Positions 1-10,446 of a stretch of 64,000 nt of DNA are shown here, one piece after another (position 1 is the first letter of the stretch; each line of letters begins with the position of its first letter). The notes beneath the pieces were generated by a model. That model did no database searches, was not told the origin of the DNA, and was given only the letters and a program-made list of their open reading frames with translations. This DNA is from Candidatus Zixiibacteriota bacterium (GTDB lineage Bacteria > Zixibacteria > MSB-5A5 > GN15 > FEB-12): the NCBI GenBank assembly GCA_024278935.1, contig JAJRSF010000033.1:68122-132121 (forward strand), given 5' to 3'. The position numbers and the translations under genes are program-made.

Positions 1-239
1 CCGTCAACAACTGTCCATCCAAAAGTCGTTCCAACATCAGCAGTACCACCATTTGAAACTCCAAACAAATACGCCGACTGACCAATAAATGGAGAGACAA
101 GGTTCAAGATAATTGTAAGAATAAATAGTGTACTACTTTTGGGAAAATTAAATTTCTTCGCAATAAACAAAGCAATTAAAATTCCAAAAGTTACTGATAA
201 AATAATACTGAACAAATAAGCTTCAAATAATAAATCCAT
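1..239 (-). CDS. N-terminal part of a hydrophobic membrane protein; the gene runs off the left edge
   Basis: My own minus-strand translation from the ATG at 239..237 gives MDLLFEAYLFSIILSVTFGILIALFIAKKF... and stays open to position 1. It is absent from the ORF track because it is truncated. Confidence 0.35.
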   Translation of the reverse strand, partial: MDLLFEAYLFSIILSVTFGILIALFIAKKFNFPKSSTLFILTIILNLVSPFIGQSAYLFGVSNGGTADVGTTFGWTVVD

Positions 240-327
240 ACCATCCTCCAATTTTATATATAATAAAATATCATACATAGCCTTATTTGTCAACTATATA
301 TTATTTTGGCTACAGACAATAACTTAC

Positions 328-356
328 AAAAAAAGGAACAGGCGAGCCTGTTCCTT
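328..356 (-). terminator. Rho-independent terminator after the 386..1528 gene
   Basis: Stem ggaacagg/cctgttcc (335..342 / 347..354) with a 4-nt loop. A 7-A run on the plus strand gives a T-run on the minus strand. Confidence 0.7.
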
Positions 357-385
357 ACGAAAATTAAAATTTATAATTACACTTC

Positions 386-1528
386 TTACTCTGCACGTAT
401 AGTCAAATTTATTCCGCGTTTTTTCAGTTGTGTTAAAAAGATCGACGGATTAACTACAAGCTCCTGAGGTTGACAGCCTCGTTTTTCGATATGTCCCGCA
501 GCAGCCATCCATGCGATTATTGCCGCCGGAAACGAAGTAGTACGCATCATCGCTGTTAAGCTTTCTTTGCTCGCCTGACGGTCGATAATTTCATAAGTGA
601 CTTTTTTATCGTTACCATCTTTTTTACCTTCAAGAGTAACACGTACCAAAACTAAATCGAGGTCCGATGAAGACAAGTTTTTATCTAACACTGATTTCAA
701 AAGCATCCGAGGTTCTACCTGTTGATCGCCAACGGTAATCGGCTGACGAGAGGCAAGCCCGATTTCAAGCATTGGTTTAAACATCGCACAATGCCCCGGG
801 TAGCGGATAGTTTTGTAATCTAAAAATGGGATCTTATTTTCGTAAGTATCAGGCAAAGTCGATGTACCACCCGATGTGTAAAACGCTTCCAACTCACCGA
901 TACCGTCAAAAGACAGATCTTCGATTGCTGTCATAGGATTGACAACTTTTTTCTGACCATTTTCTAAAACAACACATGGTTCCCAATATTCATTGATAAG
1001 CCCTTCGGCAGAAAAAACCATCTGATAATTTAGCGGTGGTCTTGGAGACTGCGGTAAACCACCAACTCTGATTTTGACAGAATCTACTTTGTCAAATTTT
1101 GTAATACCATCGGCAGTCAGAACCGAGACCATCCCGGGAGCAAGCCCACAATCAGGCACAATTATTACCCCGGCTTCTTTTGCTTCGGTGTCCATTTCGA
1201 GCTGGCTGTTAACGACATCGTTGTTGCCACCTAAATCGACCATATGACAATTTGCCCGAATAGCTGCTTTAGTTATTACCGGATTATATTTATATGTAAC
1301 ACATGAGATACAAGAATCGTAATCTTTTAAAACGTTATAAACAGCTTCCTCAGAAGATGCGTCTAATTGCCCCGAAACCGTCTTTTCATTACCATATTTT
1401 GTGGCGACTTCTGCCGCTAAACTACCATCAATATCAAAAACTGCACCTGTTTCTACACCCTCGGCATTTGTTACATCATATAAAGCTGCTCGACCCATAA
1501 GGCCGGCTCCAATTACTGCTATTTTCAT
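386..1528 (-). CDS. Saccharopine dehydrogenase-family NAD(P)-binding oxidoreductase
   Basis: Track ORF 386..1561. The Rossmann motif MKIAVIGAGLMGRA begins at the second Met, so I moved the start to 1528. Length and overall pattern fit the saccharopine/lysine dehydrogenase-like family. Confidence 0.75.
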   Translation of the reverse strand: MKIAVIGAGLMGRAALYDVTNAEGVETGAVFDIDGSLAAEVATKYGNEKTVSGQLDASSEEAVYNVLKDYDSCISCVTYKYNPVITKAAIRANCHMVDLGGNNDVVNSQLEMDTEAKEAGVIIVPDCGLAPGMVSVLTADGITKFDKVDSVKIRVGGLPQSPRPPLNYQMVFSAEGLINEYWEPCVVLENGQKKVVNPMTAIEDLSFDGIGELEAFYTSGGTSTLPDTYENKIPFLDYKTIRYPGHCAMFKPMLEIGLASRQPITVGDQQVEPRMLLKSVLDKNLSSSDLDLVLVRVTLEGKKDGNDKKVTYEIIDRQASKESLTAMMRTTSFPAAIIAWMAAAGHIEKRGCQPQELVVNPSIFLTQLKKRGINLTIRAE

Positions 1529-1667
1529 ACAAACCTTTCTTCTTTTAAGATAGACCAACATACAGCTTTTTTAGTTTTATGCTAATAATATTTTAGCTGA
1601 AAAGTTGTAGAGATTATAATAAATGCCGACAATAACATAAAGGATAAATCATGCGAGAAGGTAAGAA

Positions 1668-1997
1668 ATGACAACGAAACAAATTGAATTGACCGATGAA
1701 GAACTCAAAGAATTTGAAATTTATAAATTAATAAAACCGTATATCGGCCATTGTCTCATTTTAAATCATGAGCTGAACAATCCCCTGACCGGTATTATCG
1801 GATATAGCGAATTCTTAGTTGATGACGAGTCTGTTCCTGCTGATATTAAAAGTTCTTTGAAACAGATTTTAAAGTCTGCGGAAAGAATGAAAAAATTGAT
1901 TGAATCACTTTGTATTGAAAAGATTGAACTGGAAGAAAATATCAATCTATCCGATGTTATTGATTCATATCAGGAATCAGCAAAAGAACTAGATTAG
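1668..1997 (+). CDS. Stand-alone HisKA (DHp) domain protein with no ATPase domain
   Basis: The 109-aa ORF has the H-box LNHELNNPLTGIIGYSEFL, typical of histidine-kinase dimerisation/phosphoacceptor domains. It ends at TAG and nothing kinase-like follows in any frame. Confidence 0.6.
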   Translation: MTTKQIELTDEELKEFEIYKLIKPYIGHCLILNHELNNPLTGIIGYSEFLVDDESVPADIKSSLKQILKSAERMKKLIESLCIEKIELEENINLSDVIDSYQESAKELD

Positions 1998-2050
1998 ATT
2001 ATTAAGTTTTCGAAGCAGCCACTCTATTGAGAGTGCTGAAATAAATAAAA

Positions 2051-4156
2051 TTAGAAGCAGAAGTTTATCCCAGAGATTAACTTCTGTTTTTTTATGACTT
2101 GCATCGGCTGTAGATTAATTGCCTCGGTAAGTTTATCAAACTCAGAAAATTTGTAGTAACTTCCACCCGACATCGAAGCTATAAGTTGCAAAGCGACAGG
2201 GTCGCCATCGGTGTTATATTCTTCAAGTGAAAATGATGAAACTTCTATCTGTCCCGAAACATCTTTTAAAATCTGACCATCTTTTGTAAACGATGCTTGG
2301 TAACTGTATCTGCCAGGTTTAACGTTTTGGAAAACCGCTCGGTATGTTCCATTTTCTAAAAGAAGCAAGTCTGCCTGATATTTATTGTCATCACCGATAA
2401 GCTCGACAGTACCCGTTACTTCCGGTATTGGTCTATAGCCTAGATCAAAAGCGAAGCCATCAAATCGAACCGGTTCACCTCGGGAGAAAATATTTTTTTC
2501 AGGAATGATTCGCACCGGGTCGAGATCTTCATCAATAGTCAACCAGTTTGCGGTACCTTCTATAAATTGTGTATAGGCATTGTCGGAATCACCAAAACCG
2601 ATATTTATAAATCCGAAATTCCAAAATGGTTGTGCAGCAACTGCTAATATTTTCCCCGGTCCTTTTCGGGAGAATCCTAAGATTGGAATTTGGGAGCCAT
2701 CTCTGTTTTTCAGTCCCGATGCAATCGCCAAGATAGTTGCATTGGGAGAAATAGAATCAGAGGCAACAAGCATTTCAAATGGTGGAAGTTCTGCCCATGT
2801 CTGACGAATGGCTGAATTATTATCGGCGACACGCAGTGATGGATGGTACAGATTTCCCTCCGATGGTTCTGCATGAAATGAGTTATACAAAACTTTTGAA
2901 CGTTTTGATTTCGAAAATGGAAGTATCGAATTAAACCAAGGTGAAATTGGTGCAGAGGCATAGTTTTCACCAAGCAGTATCCAAAGCGATCCGCCTTTAT
3001 CTGCTAAGTATGAGTTAAACAGCTCTTGCCTACTTTCAAGCAAGGCAGGTGAAACGTCATGGATTATAATCATATCATATTTGTTAAGTTCTGTTTGTCT
3101 TGATGGAATTGTCGAAACAAAATTACCAGATTTTTTACCAAGAAGTCGAAGTTCGATATAGAACTTATCAGCTTTTTGTAAATATTTTTTGAGGAAACTA
3201 AGTTCATAGTCCGGGTTTTCAGAAAGTATTAAAACAGATAATTTACTTTTTAAAATTTTCACATAAAACGAACGGCTGTTATTACTTCTGTTTTCTTCTT
3301 CCTCATCAGCACCTACTTTGAGAGTCAATATTTTTTGACCGGCACTATTTGGTTTATAAGGAAGTGTGATTTCACTAAAACCTTCTGCTTGCTTAATAGT
3401 CAATGATGATTGGGCAACCACTTTGGAAGCATCAAGCAGTTGAATCGGAAGAGTTCTTTCGTCCGAATTTTTCCATTGCAGTTTTAGTTTTATCTCTGTT
3501 GTTCTGTCAGCGAACAAAACAGGATTGTATTCGATATCATCGATGCTTACATCGAACTGTTTCCCACCGATTGAAAGATCAACAGTCATTGTTTTTGTTT
3601 TCAACAGCGATGAAATATCGGCGACTTTCCGTCCGGCATTACTATTACCATCGGAAAAGACAAGCTGATAATCAAACTGATTATCTGTTTGAAAATAAGA
3701 AGAGTATAAAACTGCTTCGGCAAGTGCGGTCGCATCGGTTTTGATTTCGTTTTTATTTTCGGATATGTTTTCGCCAAAGAAAAATGTCGAGATGTCTGCT
3801 TTTTCTACTATAAACTCAAATGCAGAACTTGAGAGCAAAGAATCCCTGCGAGTTTTTCGAGATGATTCGTTTTCTATTTTTTCTATACTTTTTGACTCAT
3901 TAAGAAGTAACGCAATTTGAGGTTTTCGGGAAAAAGTTTGTTCATAGGAAATAATCGGTTCAAACAGAGCAGCACATAATGCTAAAATTGCTATTGAGCG
4001 AAGTGCTATAAAAATAATTTGTAAGAATCTTGGAATCGGCGGATTGGTTCTGAAATATAAAAAAAATGACAATGCCAAAAGAACTAAGCACGCCAAAACA
4101 TTGAGTAAAATTGTACCGGATAAGAATTCGACAGTTATATTGTGTAGTCCAAACAT
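2051..4156 (-). CDS. Large membrane-anchored hypothetical protein with a BatA-like double-TM N-terminus
   Basis: The 701-aa ORF has two N-terminal TM helices (LLNVLACLVLLALSFFLYF and IIFIALRSIAILALCAALFEP). A possible degenerate MIDAS-like LLLNESKS motif follows. No catalytic motif was recognised. Confidence 0.55.
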   Translation of the reverse strand: MFGLHNITVEFLSGTILLNVLACLVLLALSFFLYFRTNPPIPRFLQIIFIALRSIAILALCAALFEPIISYEQTFSRKPQIALLLNESKSIEKIENESSRKTRRDSLLSSSAFEFIVEKADISTFFFGENISENKNEIKTDATALAEAVLYSSYFQTDNQFDYQLVFSDGNSNAGRKVADISSLLKTKTMTVDLSIGGKQFDVSIDDIEYNPVLFADRTTEIKLKLQWKNSDERTLPIQLLDASKVVAQSSLTIKQAEGFSEITLPYKPNSAGQKILTLKVGADEEEENRSNNSRSFYVKILKSKLSVLILSENPDYELSFLKKYLQKADKFYIELRLLGKKSGNFVSTIPSRQTELNKYDMIIIHDVSPALLESRQELFNSYLADKGGSLWILLGENYASAPISPWFNSILPFSKSKRSKVLYNSFHAEPSEGNLYHPSLRVADNNSAIRQTWAELPPFEMLVASDSISPNATILAIASGLKNRDGSQIPILGFSRKGPGKILAVAAQPFWNFGFINIGFGDSDNAYTQFIEGTANWLTIDEDLDPVRIIPEKNIFSRGEPVRFDGFAFDLGYRPIPEVTGTVELIGDDNKYQADLLLLENGTYRAVFQNVKPGRYSYQASFTKDGQILKDVSGQIEVSSFSLEEYNTDGDPVALQLIASMSGGSYYKFSEFDKLTEAINLQPMQVIKKQKLISGINFCF

Positions 4157-4222
4157 AGATAACTCTTATACGATAGTTTTGAAATTTCGATTAAAAATAG
4201 TATAGAGAAAACAGTTTCTCAC

Positions 4223-5203
4223 CTACGATGCTCGGGCAGTAGTAAATTTCACCATATCTTCAAGGCTTTTATAATAGACATTTTGTTTGTAAGATGAAAT
4301 CGAATCAAGCCCCTCTTGTGCTAACTTATTTGCTTTTTTATAAGCATAGTCAATTCCGCCGGTTTCTAAAACAAAATCATACACTTTTTTAAATGACTTT
4401 TCATCTTTTGCTTTGAGAATTTTGATAATTTCTTTTCTGCTCTCAGGTGATGATTGATGTAGACCATAAATAAGCGGAAGAGTCATTTGTCCCGTCAAAA
4501 CATCAATACCCGGTTCTTTGCCGATAGTTTTAGCATCACCGACAAAATCGAGCAGATCGTCGGCAATTTGAAAAGCAATACCGATTTTCTCGCCGAAATC
4601 AGCAAAGTTTTTTCTTACTTTTTCATCTCTACTTTTTAAGATCGGACCGGCTTCACAAGAGACCGCAAAAAGTGAGGCTGTTTTATCTGCTATAATATTT
4701 AAATAAGCATCTTCTGATAGATCGTAGTTGGCAGTTTCTTCAATTTGTCGTAATTCACCAACTGCTACTCTTTCGGTTGCTCTAGAGATCGAACGCATAA
4801 GCTCGATAGAATTTGTCTCTACCATCATGCTAAAAGCTTTGGCAAAAAGATAATCACCCATCAGAACCGAAATTAGGTTTGTCCACTGAGAATTCACTGT
4901 TTCCTGTCCACGACGCATATCGGATTCATCAACAACATCATCATGAAGTAAAGTAGCGGTATGAATAAGCTCGATAGAAAGTGAGGCATCGACGGAGAAA
5001 TCTGTAAAATTGTCGCCTGCTCTTGATGACAAAAAGAGGAAAACAGGACGGATTCTTTTACCACGTGATTTAAGCAAATGCTTTGCTATTGATGATATAA
5101 GCGGGGAATCACCTTGTAAATGATCGTGTAATTTTTCGGAAAACAGATCAAGGTCCTCTTGTATTGGCGAGGTATATTCAATCATTTTTTCTAAATCAAG
5201 CAT
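4223..5203 (-). CDS. Polyprenyl diphosphate synthase (trans-IPPS, probably long-chain)
   Basis: It has the Asp-rich motifs LLHDDVVDESDMRRG and QIADDLLDF. Small residues (A/T) upstream of the first motif suggest a long-chain product. Confidence 0.9.
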   Translation of the reverse strand: MLDLEKMIEYTSPIQEDLDLFSEKLHDHLQGDSPLISSIAKHLLKSRGKRIRPVFLFLSSRAGDNFTDFSVDASLSIELIHTATLLHDDVVDESDMRRGQETVNSQWTNLISVLMGDYLFAKAFSMMVETNSIELMRSISRATERVAVGELRQIEETANYDLSEDAYLNIIADKTASLFAVSCEAGPILKSRDEKVRKNFADFGEKIGIAFQIADDLLDFVGDAKTIGKEPGIDVLTGQMTLPLIYGLHQSSPESRKEIIKILKAKDEKSFKKVYDFVLETGGIDYAYKKANKLAQEGLDSISSYKQNVYYKSLEDMVKFTTARAS

Positions 5204-5278
5204 AATTTCTTACTTTTCCTTATTTGAAGAAAGAACATAAAACTTTTAGGTAAAAATGTCAAGCAGACGGTTAGAAAG

Positions 5279-6124
5279 TTACTCGGTCGAATTATTGGCA
5301 GAATTTTCATTTAAAAGCCAAAGCAATGCTTTTTTGTACTCCGGGTCTTTAAAATATGACCTGGAATTATGCCCGCCTGAAAGCTTAATAAACTGCTTTG
5401 GTTCAGCGGCAGCCTCAAACAGCTTTTGACCCATCGTATATGGTATCAGTTCATCATCTGGCGAATGGGTGATAAGTTTTGGAATCTGAATCTGTCCAAT
5501 TTTTTCTACTGAGTTAAAAGTATACCGAATGAGTGACCGAATAGGGAAAATCGGAAACAGTTTCTGCCCGATATCTCCTACTGACGTAAACGAGGACTCG
5601 ATAATAAGACCTCCGCATTGCTTTCGCCCGGCAAGTTCAACCGCCACCGCACCACCTAAGGAACGTCCAAAGAGAATGATATTTTCAGCTTTAAAACTTT
5701 TGGTTTCTACAAGCCAATCAAAAGATACTTCGCCATCAGCATAGACACCATCTTCGGTTGGCTCGCCGGTTGAATAGCCATAGCCCCGATAGTCAAACAT
5801 AAATGTCGCCACACCTAAATCGTATAAATATTTTGCTGTTTCAAGACGATGCGAAATATTGCCTGCATTGCCATGGAAAAACAAAACTGCTTTTTTGTTA
5901 TCAGGGTCTTTTGATGGAAAGTACCAACCATGGATAGTAATATTATCATCGATTTTGATATGGACATCTTCAAAAATCAATCCAAGCTGGTCAGGCTGTA
6001 CAGCAAAATCATCGGTTGGATAAAACACCATCTTATCTTGATTGAAATAGATATAAAACATCAAGGCTAGGTATACGCCAATTATTGTAACGGGAATCCA
6101 CAGAAGCATTTTAAGAGCTTTCAT
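5279..6124 (-). CDS. Alpha/beta hydrolase with an N-terminal membrane anchor
   Basis: It has the nucleophile elbow GRSLGG, the oxyanion-region motif FHGNAGN and an N-terminal TM helix. Confidence 0.8.
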   Translation of the reverse strand: MKALKMLLWIPVTIIGVYLALMFYIYFNQDKMVFYPTDDFAVQPDQLGLIFEDVHIKIDDNITIHGWYFPSKDPDNKKAVLFFHGNAGNISHRLETAKYLYDLGVATFMFDYRGYGYSTGEPTEDGVYADGEVSFDWLVETKSFKAENIILFGRSLGGAVAVELAGRKQCGGLIIESSFTSVGDIGQKLFPIFPIRSLIRYTFNSVEKIGQIQIPKLITHSPDDELIPYTMGQKLFEAAAEPKQFIKLSGGHNSRSYFKDPEYKKALLWLLNENSANNSTE

Positions 6125-6216
6125 TTTTTTATTCTTATAAAATCAGTTCCGCATGGCAGAACCACTAAAGGGTTCTTCCCTACTATCTCACGAATATGCC
6201 TTATAACACAGTTATC

Positions 6217-7740
6217 TTATTCCCACTCAATAGTTGCTGGTGGTTTTGATGATATGTCATAAGTCACCCGATTCACCCCACGGACACTCCGAATTATCCG
6301 ATTAGAAATATGGGCTAAAATATCGAAATCAATTCGTGACCAGTCGGCAGTCATTCCATCAACCGATGACACCGCTCTTAAGGCAACAACGTTTTCATAA
6401 GTACGTTCATCACCTATCACACCGACAGTGTTAATCGGAAGAAGTACCGCAAATGCCTGCCAGATGTCGTTGTAAATATTATAGTTGTGCAGTTCCTCTA
6501 TGAAAACAGCATCAACTTCACGAAGCAAGTCGCATCGTTCTTTAGTAATGTCACCTAAGATACGCACTGCCAGACCGGGACCCGGAAACGGATGACGCCC
6601 GATAAACTCTTCGGTCAAGCCAAGTGAACGACCGAGAACACGAACTTCATCTTTGAACAGTTCACGAAGCGGTTCGACAAGTTTCATCTTCATTTTATCT
6701 TTAAGCCCACCAACATTGTGGTGAGATTTTATTGTTGCAGATGGACCTTTAAAAGAGACTGATTCAATAACATCGGGATACAAAGTCCCTTGAGCAAGAA
6801 AATCAATACCACCGATTTTGTCGGCGGAGTCTTCAAAGACATCTATAAACGTTGTACCGATAATTTTTCGTTTTTTCTCAGGGTCAGTAACGCCTGCAAG
6901 TCTATCCAAAAAGAGATCGGATGCATCGACAGGATTTAAATTTATATTGAGCTTCGTCAGCATTTCGATAACATCTTCATATTCGTTCTTCCGAAGCAAT
7001 CCATTATTTACAAAAACCGCATGTAGGTTTTCTCCGATAGCTTTATCTAAAAGAACTGCCGCAACGGTTGAGTCTACCCCGCCTGAAATTCCAAGTATCA
7101 CTTTGTTGTCGCCAACTTGGTTTCGAATCTGTTCAATAGAACTTTCGATAAATGATTCTGTTGTCCAGTCACCTTTGAGGTTACAAATTTCAAATATGAA
7201 ATTTTGTAAAATATTTTTTCCTTCTTCAGTATGGTGTACTTCGGCGTGGAACTGGATACCATACATTTTAGCATCTTTGTTTTCAATAGCAGCAACTTCA
7301 AGAGAATCTGTTGAACCGATAATTTTGAAACCATTTGGTAATGATTTAATAGAATCGCCATGCGACATCCATACTTGTGAAGATTTTGGAACACCATCAA
7401 ACAGTTGGGAATCTTCAGTGACCATAAATTTTGCTCTGCCGTATTCTCTTGTTTCAGAACGTTCAAGATTGGCTCCGAAAATATCAGCCATCAGTTGCAT
7501 GCCATAGCAAACACCTAGAATAGGAATCTTAGTTTCAAAAAATGAAGCGTCAAGACGCGGGGCATCATCATCTTTTATCGACGACGGTCCTCCCGAAAGG
7601 ATATAGCCTTTTACATTTGCATTGTCAAATTTTGTAAGGTCAGAATTATATGGGACAATTTCGCAGTACACTTTTGCTTCGCGTACTCGCCTAGCAATTA
7701 ACTGGGTATATTGTGAGCCAAAATCAAGTATTAATATCAT
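6217..7740 (-). CDS. guaA: GMP synthase (glutamine-hydrolysing)
   Basis: It has the GATase catalytic Cys in GVCYGMQ, the PP-loop SGGVDS and the conserved C-terminus PPATIEWE. I set the start at MILILDFGSQYTQ (7740), which abuts the nadB stop. Confidence 0.96.
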   Translation of the reverse strand: MILILDFGSQYTQLIARRVREAKVYCEIVPYNSDLTKFDNANVKGYILSGGPSSIKDDDAPRLDASFFETKIPILGVCYGMQLMADIFGANLERSETREYGRAKFMVTEDSQLFDGVPKSSQVWMSHGDSIKSLPNGFKIIGSTDSLEVAAIENKDAKMYGIQFHAEVHHTEEGKNILQNFIFEICNLKGDWTTESFIESSIEQIRNQVGDNKVILGISGGVDSTVAAVLLDKAIGENLHAVFVNNGLLRKNEYEDVIEMLTKLNINLNPVDASDLFLDRLAGVTDPEKKRKIIGTTFIDVFEDSADKIGGIDFLAQGTLYPDVIESVSFKGPSATIKSHHNVGGLKDKMKMKLVEPLRELFKDEVRVLGRSLGLTEEFIGRHPFPGPGLAVRILGDITKERCDLLREVDAVFIEELHNYNIYNDIWQAFAVLLPINTVGVIGDERTYENVVALRAVSSVDGMTADWSRIDFDILAHISNRIIRSVRGVNRVTYDISSKPPATIEWE

Positions 7741-7741
7741 T

Positions 7742-9361
7742 TCATGATGGGCGGACATTCGTTTCTCCTTTATCAAATCTTCCGAGAATAATCGTATTTT
7801 CTATTGAGGAATTATTTTCTTGAGGGTAATCTTCCATATAATGAAGCCCCCGTGACTCCAATCGCATAAGTGCAGATTGTATAACAAGATTTGCAACCGT
7901 TGCCATGTTTCGAAGTTCTACAATTCCGTAGGTGGCAGGTGTGGCAAGATAATATTGTTCTATAGCTTCGTGAATTTTCTGAATTTTTTCCTGTGCCAAA
8001 AGTAGTCTGTCTTTTGACCGTACAATCCCAACAAAATCAGACATCACTCGGGTGAGTTCTCGTCTGTCATGAGCAATCAGAATTTTATTTCTTGGATATT
8101 TCAACGATGAATAAAAAGTTTTATCAGTAATCATAGCTGTATCATAGTGAACTGTTTTAAAATACTCCGATGATTTTGTCGCTGCCATCTTCGCCATGAC
8201 AACTGCTTCAAGAAGAGAGTTCGATGCCAGGCGGTTGGCTCCGTGCATACCGGTATGAGCAACTTCGCCTGCAACAAACAATCCATCAAGATCGGTTTCG
8301 CCATCTATTGTAGCAACTACTCCACCGCAAGAATAATGTGCGGCAGGTACAACAGGGATATCTCTTTTGGTAATATCAAAACCACGCTTGAGACATTCGT
8401 TATAAATTGTCGGGAATCTTTTTATGATAAAATCTTTTTCAAGATGACTGATGTCAAGTAAGACATATTCTTCGCCCGACTCTTTGAGTTCTTTATCAAT
8501 AGCCCGAGCAACAACATCACGAGGTGCTAAATCTTTGAGTGCATGTTCATTTTCCATAATGTAGCGACCGTCAACCGACAGGAGTCTTCCCCCTTCGCCA
8601 CGCACCGCTTCAGAAATTAAAAACGGCCAGCGACCCGGGTTGTAAAGCGTTGTCGGATGAAACTGTATAAATTCAAGATTGCCAACCGAACAACCTGCCC
8701 GATAGGCAATAGCGACGCCATCGCCGGTAGCAATTTTTGGATTTGTATTATGGAAATAAATCTGCCCGAGACCACCCGAGGCAAGCATAGTTACCGGAGC
8801 ATAAAATGAACTGAATGATTGATCTTCTTCGCAAAAAACAAACGCACCATAACATGCTGTTTTATCACCTGCTGTATGTTGAATTAGATCAAGAGCGATA
8901 TGATTACGGTACATATCTATATTTTCAACAGCACGGCAGGCTTGCAAAAGTCCCCGTTCGATTTCCTGACCGGTAAAATCAGCAGCATGCACTACACGGC
9001 TGTGCGAGTGACCGCCTTCACGACCCATGGCAAGAGTGTCACCCTCGGGTGTAAATTTTACTCCGTAGTTCATAAGTTCTTTTATAACCGATGGTCCGCT
9101 TTCAACAATTTTGGTCACAATCTCTTTATCGCAAAGTCCCTGCCCTGCCGATAGTGTGTCATTGATATGAGAGTCAAAAGAATCAGTGTTTGATAAAACA
9201 GCAGCGATACCGCCCTGTGCTTTATTGGTGCTTGTATCCTGTTCTGTTTTTTTGGTGACAATTGCAATTTTACAATCTTTGTTTAGCTCGGCAGTTTTTA
9301 AAGCATAAAACAGCCCGGCGATTCCGGTGCCAATGATAAGAAAATCATATCTATATTCCAT
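7742..9361 (-). CDS. nadB: L-aspartate oxidase
   Basis: It has the FAD motif DFLIIGTGIAGL and a succinate-DH/fumarate-reductase flavoprotein-like body. The 539-aa length is typical. Confidence 0.93.
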   Translation of the reverse strand: MEYRYDFLIIGTGIAGLFYALKTAELNKDCKIAIVTKKTEQDTSTNKAQGGIAAVLSNTDSFDSHINDTLSAGQGLCDKEIVTKIVESGPSVIKELMNYGVKFTPEGDTLAMGREGGHSHSRVVHAADFTGQEIERGLLQACRAVENIDMYRNHIALDLIQHTAGDKTACYGAFVFCEEDQSFSSFYAPVTMLASGGLGQIYFHNTNPKIATGDGVAIAYRAGCSVGNLEFIQFHPTTLYNPGRWPFLISEAVRGEGGRLLSVDGRYIMENEHALKDLAPRDVVARAIDKELKESGEEYVLLDISHLEKDFIIKRFPTIYNECLKRGFDITKRDIPVVPAAHYSCGGVVATIDGETDLDGLFVAGEVAHTGMHGANRLASNSLLEAVVMAKMAATKSSEYFKTVHYDTAMITDKTFYSSLKYPRNKILIAHDRRELTRVMSDFVGIVRSKDRLLLAQEKIQKIHEAIEQYYLATPATYGIVELRNMATVANLVIQSALMRLESRGLHYMEDYPQENNSSIENTIILGRFDKGETNVRPS

Positions 9362-10446
9362 TAGGAATGCTCTTTTTTTAACTTGAGTTCTTGTTGAAGA
9401 AACTCAATCAATTTTTCTTCACCGGGATCTAAATCTATCGTTTGGTTAAGATAATAATATTCTCGCCCAAAATCAAAGTCATCTATTTTCACGGCATCTT
9501 TACCGGTTGTTAATATCAGGTCAGAATCATATTTTTCTGCCGTCAATTTGACCGTTTCTAAAAGCTCTTTAGTATACTCCTGATGGTCTGAAAATTCAAG
9601 AGCAAAATCTAAATCAGCACAAAGATGTGCCACCTGTTTCTTAAGTGCTTTAAAATTACCTATTCCGGCAAAGAGAAAGACCGATTTATCCTCTAAATAT
9701 TTGACCGGAAAAGTTTGGTTTCGCCCGATAATTTCAGTAGCAGAAAAACGAGCAAAATATTGTTTTGCCTCTGAATTATGTATTGAAATCTCTTTAACTA
9801 AATGTGGTAAGTCTTTCGCAAATTCAGTACGGGTAAAAATAAACAAGTCAGCCTCTGAAAGTCGAGTTTCAGGCTCACGGAGAATTCCATACGGGAAAAG
9901 TTTTAAATCTTTCTTTTTAAGCGATGCATCAATTGTAACAATATTCAGATCCCTATGCAATTTTCTATGCTGGAAACCATCGTAGACAATTATAAGATCA
10001 ACTTCGTTTGTTTCATCAAGCAGTCTGGCTGCCTCTGCTTTAATTTGATGCACAGAAAAAATCGCATTAGGCAAAATTTCAGCAAGGTGTTTTACCTCAT
10101 CACCAATTTCAGCAGAATCAAGTTGCAACATTTTATAGCCAGGCAAAATATAGTGCTCAGTTGATTTTCTTCCATACCCCGAAGAAACAATCCCAACCTG
10201 ATAATTTTCTTTGAGCAAAAATTGTGAGATAAAACAAACAATCGGAGTTTTCCCTGTTCCGCCAACGGTAATATTGCCCATAGAAATCAGCGGAGTACTT
10301 GTTTTGATTTCAACTTTTTGAAAATGCCAATACAACTTCACAAGCGGTCTATACAAAAGCGAAACGAGCCATAAGATAAATGCAAGCAGTGACAAATAGG
10401 AAAGCCGTTCACGACGCAGAATTTTTTTCCAAAGTTTCTCAAACAT
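9361..10446 (-). CDS. lpxK: Tetraacyldisaccharide 4'-kinase
   Basis: It has an N-terminal TM helix followed by the P-loop GNITVGGTGKTP. It overlaps waaA by 8 nt and nadB by 1 nt. Confidence 0.9.
   Translation of the reverse strand: MFEKLWKKILRRERLSYLSLLAFILWLVSLLYRPLVKLYWHFQKVEIKTSTPLISMGNITVGGTGKTPIVCFISQFLLKENYQVGIVSSGYGRKSTEHYILPGYKMLQLDSAEIGDEVKHLAEILPNAIFSVHQIKAEAARLLDETNEVDLIIVYDGFQHRKLHRDLNIVTIDASLKKKDLKLFPYGILREPETRLSEADLFIFTRTEFAKDLPHLVKEISIHNSEAKQYFARFSATEIIGRNQTFPVKYLEDKSVFLFAGIGNFKALKKQVAHLCADLDFALEFSDHQEYTKELLETVKLTAEKYDSDLILTTGKDAVKIDDFDFGREYYYLNQTIDLDPGEEKLIEFLQQELKLKKEHS

Noticed and set aside
6818-7507. Long antisense ORF (229 aa, plus strand) inside guaA. Similar embedded ORFs include 2580..2804, 3403..3744, 8243..8461, 15328..15795, 18612..18938, 37006..37497, 60164..60673 and 46848..47204.
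   Set aside because: Each lies entirely within, or opposite to, a strongly conserved gene. They have Ser/Ile/Phe-rich compositions typical of antisense frames in AT-rich DNA, and none has an RBS or a recognisable motif.
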